Shown here: piece by piece, positions 60,740-64,000 of the stretch | How the letters are laid out: each line of letters begins with the position of its first letter | How positions within the stretch are numbered: position 1 is the first letter of the stretch | Assembly (NCBI GenBank): GCA_965217895.1 | Contig: CBDCJV010000002.1 | Location: 320,001 to 384,000 of the forward strand | Source: Waterburya sp. | GTDB lineage: Bacteria > Cyanobacteriota > Cyanobacteriia > Cyanobacteriales > Xenococcaceae | Reading direction: 5' to 3' | DNA: 64,000 nt | Program-made: the position numbers and the translations under genes | The notes under the pieces: generated by a model | What the model saw: the letters and a program-made list of their open reading frames with translations, nothing else | The model's database searches: none | Told to the model about the DNA's origin: nothing

Positions 60740-61624
60740 ATGCACTTAGAAATATCTCAATTATATAAGCAGTTTCTGGTTAAGAAAGAACCTCTTGTCG
60801 CGCTTAAAGATATCAATATGCACGTTGAGACAGGAGAATTTGTCTGTGTAGTTGGAGCGTCAGGTTCGGGAAAGTCAACCCTCTTAAGACTAATTGCGGG
60901 CTTAGATACTCCTACTTCTGGGACAATCACGGTTGATAATGAGCCTGTTATCGGACCAGGTGCCGATCGAGGCATGGTATTTCAAAAATATACTCTTTAC
61001 CCTTGGATGTCTGTTCAAAAAAATGTCGAGTTTGGTTTAAAACTGCTTGGAATAACCCCTCGCAAAAGACGAGAATTGGCTTCTTATTACTTAGATATAG
61101 TAGGTTTGGCAAAATTCGCCCAATCATTACCCAAAGAGCTTTCTGGAGGGATGAAACAGCGAGTGGCGATCGCACGAGCTTTAGCGACTAAGCCTAAAAT
61201 ACTTTTAATGGACGAACCCTTCGGCGCGTTAGATATTCAGACTAAAGAAAATATGCAGCAGTTTCTCTTAGAAATTTGGCGCAAAACAGGCTGCACTATT
61301 TTAATGATTACCCATGATGTAAGAGAGGCAGTATTTTTGTCTCAAAGGATTTATGTTCTCTCTGCCAGACCAGGAACAGTCAAACAAGAGTTTAAGATTA
61401 ACTTCCCCAGCGATAAACCTACTTACGAAGTTTACTCAACAGAGAGAACTTCCCTAAAGGGTTCAGCAGTTTCTTCAAGCGGGGAAAACCCGCCAACGAA
61501 CTGCTTCACCGCAACGCAACTTCGCGCTAATGGCATGGCTACGCTACGCAATTATCAAATAAAACGTCAGCCTATTTTTCATAAACAGGTCGAGGATATC
61601 ATGGACTTATTGAGAAACATCTAG
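60740..61624 (+). CDS. ABC transporter ATPase with a 44-aa C-terminal insertion
   Basis: GASGSGKS, LSGGMKQR, LLMDEPF, ITHD. Confidence 0.95.
   Translation: MHLEISQLYKQFLVKKEPLVALKDINMHVETGEFVCVVGASGSGKSTLLRLIAGLDTPTSGTITVDNEPVIGPGADRGMVFQKYTLYPWMSVQKNVEFGLKLLGITPRKRRELASYYLDIVGLAKFAQSLPKELSGGMKQRVAIARALATKPKILLMDEPFGALDIQTKENMQQFLLEIWRKTGCTILMITHDVREAVFLSQRIYVLSARPGTVKQEFKINFPSDKPTYEVYSTERTSLKGSAVSSSGENPPTNCFTATQLRANGMATLRNYQIKRQPIFHKQVEDIMDLLRNI
61415..61546. mobile_element. 132-bp in-frame nested hairpin insertion splitting a HIP1 site
   Basis: Removal restores GCGAT|CGC; contains the 41-nt core at 61465-61505. Confidence 0.8.
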
Positions 61625-62080
61625 GTAACGTCGGTTCGGTTTATGCTGAAGTAATTATAGCAAAGTGATCTAAGACGATTAGAGGTTTCTGAGAACGATG
61701 CGAGACTAAGTTTTCTCCTTTGAGCAATAAATACTAAACCTCGTCTATCTAGAAAACTGTAGTTTTATTTTTGTTCTCGACACCCGACACCCTAAACCCT
61801 ATCGCCTCAAACAGACATCTAAAAACTAAGGGTTTCAAACTAGATACAGTTTATATTACCTAAATAAACAGTTTTTCAGACACTATACATTTTGTTTTTT
61901 TTAAGCATAATAGGAAGAAACTAAGGCATTAAGTCCTGTTTCTAGAGGATGCTAATCAAGTTTACCGAAAATATTTTCTAATATTCAGCAAATCCTTACC
62001 CAAATCTACTTACCTGAGTGCTTATATGGTTATGTGTAAATGAAATAACATATTGCTAATTTTAAGTTTAAATATTTTTT

Positions 62081-62842
62081 ATGAAAGTCCCAAGTATGCG
62101 TCCTTTTTTATTTGTCACCGATTTAGACAATACTTTAGTTGGTGATGATGCTGCATTGCTCGAACTTAATCAGCAATTAACTAGTCATCGCCAGCAATTC
62201 AACAGTAAAATTGTTTATGCTACAGGGCGATCGCTTTATTTATATCGTCTTCTGGCAGAAGCAAAGTCTCTCATCCCTCCAGATGCCTTGATTACCTCTG
62301 TGGGGACAGAAATGTATTTTGATCGAGATTATAAACAACACGATCCCGAATGGGCAAATATCCTCTCTCAAGGCTGGGATAGAAAAGAAATAATGGCGAT
62401 CGCTAGTCAATTTGGCGAGTTACAGTCTCAGCCCAAATCAGAGCAAAATCCCTTTAAAATAAGCTATTATTTGGATCAGGCGGTGGCAAAACAAACTATT
62501 GCAAGCTTAACATCCGCTTTGAATGAGAAAGGTTACGACATCAAATTAATCTACAGTGCTGGTCAAGATTTAGACTTATTACCCAAAAATGGGGATAAAG
62601 GTTTAGCAGTACAGTTTTTACGTCAAAAATGGGATTTTTCCGCCGCTAAAACTATAGTTTGCGGAGATTCTGGTAATGATATTTCTATGTTTAAAGGACA
62701 AGAAAAAGGTTTGATTGTCAGTAACGCTAAAGATGAACTACTTCAGTGGTATGAAGCAAATAAAAATGACAGCCTGTATTTAGCTCAATCTGCTTGTGCT
62801 GGAGGCATTTTAGAAGGCTTAAAGCACTTTGATTTTTTGTAA
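62081..62842 (+). CDS. spp: Sucrose-phosphate phosphatase
   Basis: TDLDNTLVGD, YATGRS, KISYY, CGDSGND HAD motifs; start may be ATG 62096. Confidence 0.93.
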   Translation: MKVPSMRPFLFVTDLDNTLVGDDAALLELNQQLTSHRQQFNSKIVYATGRSLYLYRLLAEAKSLIPPDALITSVGTEMYFDRDYKQHDPEWANILSQGWDRKEIMAIASQFGELQSQPKSEQNPFKISYYLDQAVAKQTIASLTSALNEKGYDIKLIYSAGQDLDLLPKNGDKGLAVQFLRQKWDFSAAKTIVCGDSGNDISMFKGQEKGLIVSNAKDELLQWYEANKNDSLYLAQSACAGGILEGLKHFDFL

Positions 62843-62915
62843 ATCTGGGCTTATAACTGTTGATAAAGATTCTGAGCCAAAAAAACATCATCTAGAAGCA
62901 ATAATTATAGATGTT

Positions 62916-64000
62916 ATGGCTAAAGTTCTCAGAGTTTTGCTTATTTGCTTTTGTTTATGTATATTTTCTTTGTTGTCATTACCTGCCAACGCCCAAACAG
63001 AACAGCGTAGCTATTTAACTTTAGAAATACTTCAAGATAAAATAGATCATCTGATTCAGCAAGAAGGCAGAGATACCATCGATTTAGGCAATTACATTAT
63101 CGATCTGGCAAATCCAGATAGCGATTTTAATCTGCAATTCTATCAAAAAATAAATAATATCATTAGCCGTGCAGGTAATCCTCTTAGTTTAAATTTTAGT
63201 AATTCAATTATTCAAGGTGATTTTCAGCTTAATCAGTTGGGAATTAATAGCTATATAGGCAGTGCCTTATCTTCAGTTTTTACCACATTAGAACAAGCAA
63301 AAATTAATCAATATTATCCTGTCCAAAATAATCTAAACCAGCAGGTGCCAAGGATTAATATATTTCGTGGTAGCCTCAAGTTTAATAATACTATTTTTAC
63401 AGGAGAAGTAAATGCTTCTGATAGTTTATTCCTACAACAGATAATAGCCACTAATGCTAAATTTCAAAACCTAGTTCAATACAATCATTCCTTTTTTGGT
63501 AAAGAAGTAGACTTTAGCCAAGCTGTTTTTAGTCAGAATATTAATTTTAATCTTTGCCATTTTTTTGCGATCGCCAAATTCAAACAAGCAGATTTTCAGG
63601 GTATTACTGATTTCAGCAATAGTCAATTTGAAGAACTAATCGAATTTAACGATTCTCTGTTTAACCAGCTTACAGATTTTACCCGTAGCGTGTTTATTAA
63701 AACAGCTAACTTTAGCAATAATGTTTATCGCGATCGCCTGGTTTTTGCTAAGAGCAAATTTTTAGATTCAGTACTTTTTATTAATACGACCTTTGAAAAA
63801 AATATTACTTTTCGTGATAGTTATGCTAACTTCTTAATTAATCTACAGGATGCTCACTTACTTGATCGTCTAGACTTTAGCAACGCTTTTTTTACACCGA
63901 AAGCAAATATTAATACATCTGGACTAGCCTTTGATAGTGCAGATGCTAAATTGATTGGCGAAACCAACATTATTGGCAAATATATCAACGTAAATCGTTT
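62916..64000 (+). CDS. Exported pentapeptide-repeat protein (partial, runs off the window)
   Basis: MAKVLRVLLIC...ANA signal peptide; repeated F-spaced units such as VDFSQAVF and TDFSNSQF. Confidence 0.8.
   Translation, partial: MAKVLRVLLICFCLCIFSLLSLPANAQTEQRSYLTLEILQDKIDHLIQQEGRDTIDLGNYIIDLANPDSDFNLQFYQKINNIISRAGNPLSLNFSNSIIQGDFQLNQLGINSYIGSALSSVFTTLEQAKINQYYPVQNNLNQQVPRINIFRGSLKFNNTIFTGEVNASDSLFLQQIIATNAKFQNLVQYNHSFFGKEVDFSQAVFSQNINFNLCHFFAIAKFKQADFQGITDFSNSQFEELIEFNDSLFNQLTDFTRSVFIKTANFSNNVYRDRLVFAKSKFLDSVLFINTTFEKNITFRDSYANFLINLQDAHLLDRLDFSNAFFTPKANINTSGLAFDSADAKLIGETNIIGKYINVNR

Noticed and set aside
1..64000. tRNA/rRNA genes, NtcA boxes and remaining short overlapping ORFs
   Set aside because: No cloverleaf or rRNA signatures noticed; the few upstream regions checked lacked a clean GTA-N8-TAC; the short ORFs overlap well-supported genes.

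Overview
AT-rich cyanobacterial chromosomal segment (the HIP1 octamer GCGATCGC recurs dozens of times). It holds a cyanoexosortase A locus with secreted-protein neighbours, rfbC-rfbD-rfbA, gnd, and a cheA gene broken by a nested IS4/IS982 insertion. It also holds a REC-HlyD fusion, a radical SAM fusion, an accessory island (dead kinase, vapBC, a large diadenylate-cyclase-domain protein, dGTPase, dead addiction module), dapF/hfq, a two-component pair, two MscS genes, a DXCF cyanobacteriochrome kinase, a polysaccharide cluster, an ABC transporter and spp. The most striking signal is non-coding: families of tiny (about 21 nt and 41 nt core) hairpin elements whose stems covary while sequence diverges. 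They nest inside one another, and several insertions split HIP1-like sites. They form long in-frame inserts in two apparently intact genes and interrupt one IS982 transposase six times. No rRNA, tRNA or CRISPR array was seen. All calls are by eye from motifs; no database searches were run.
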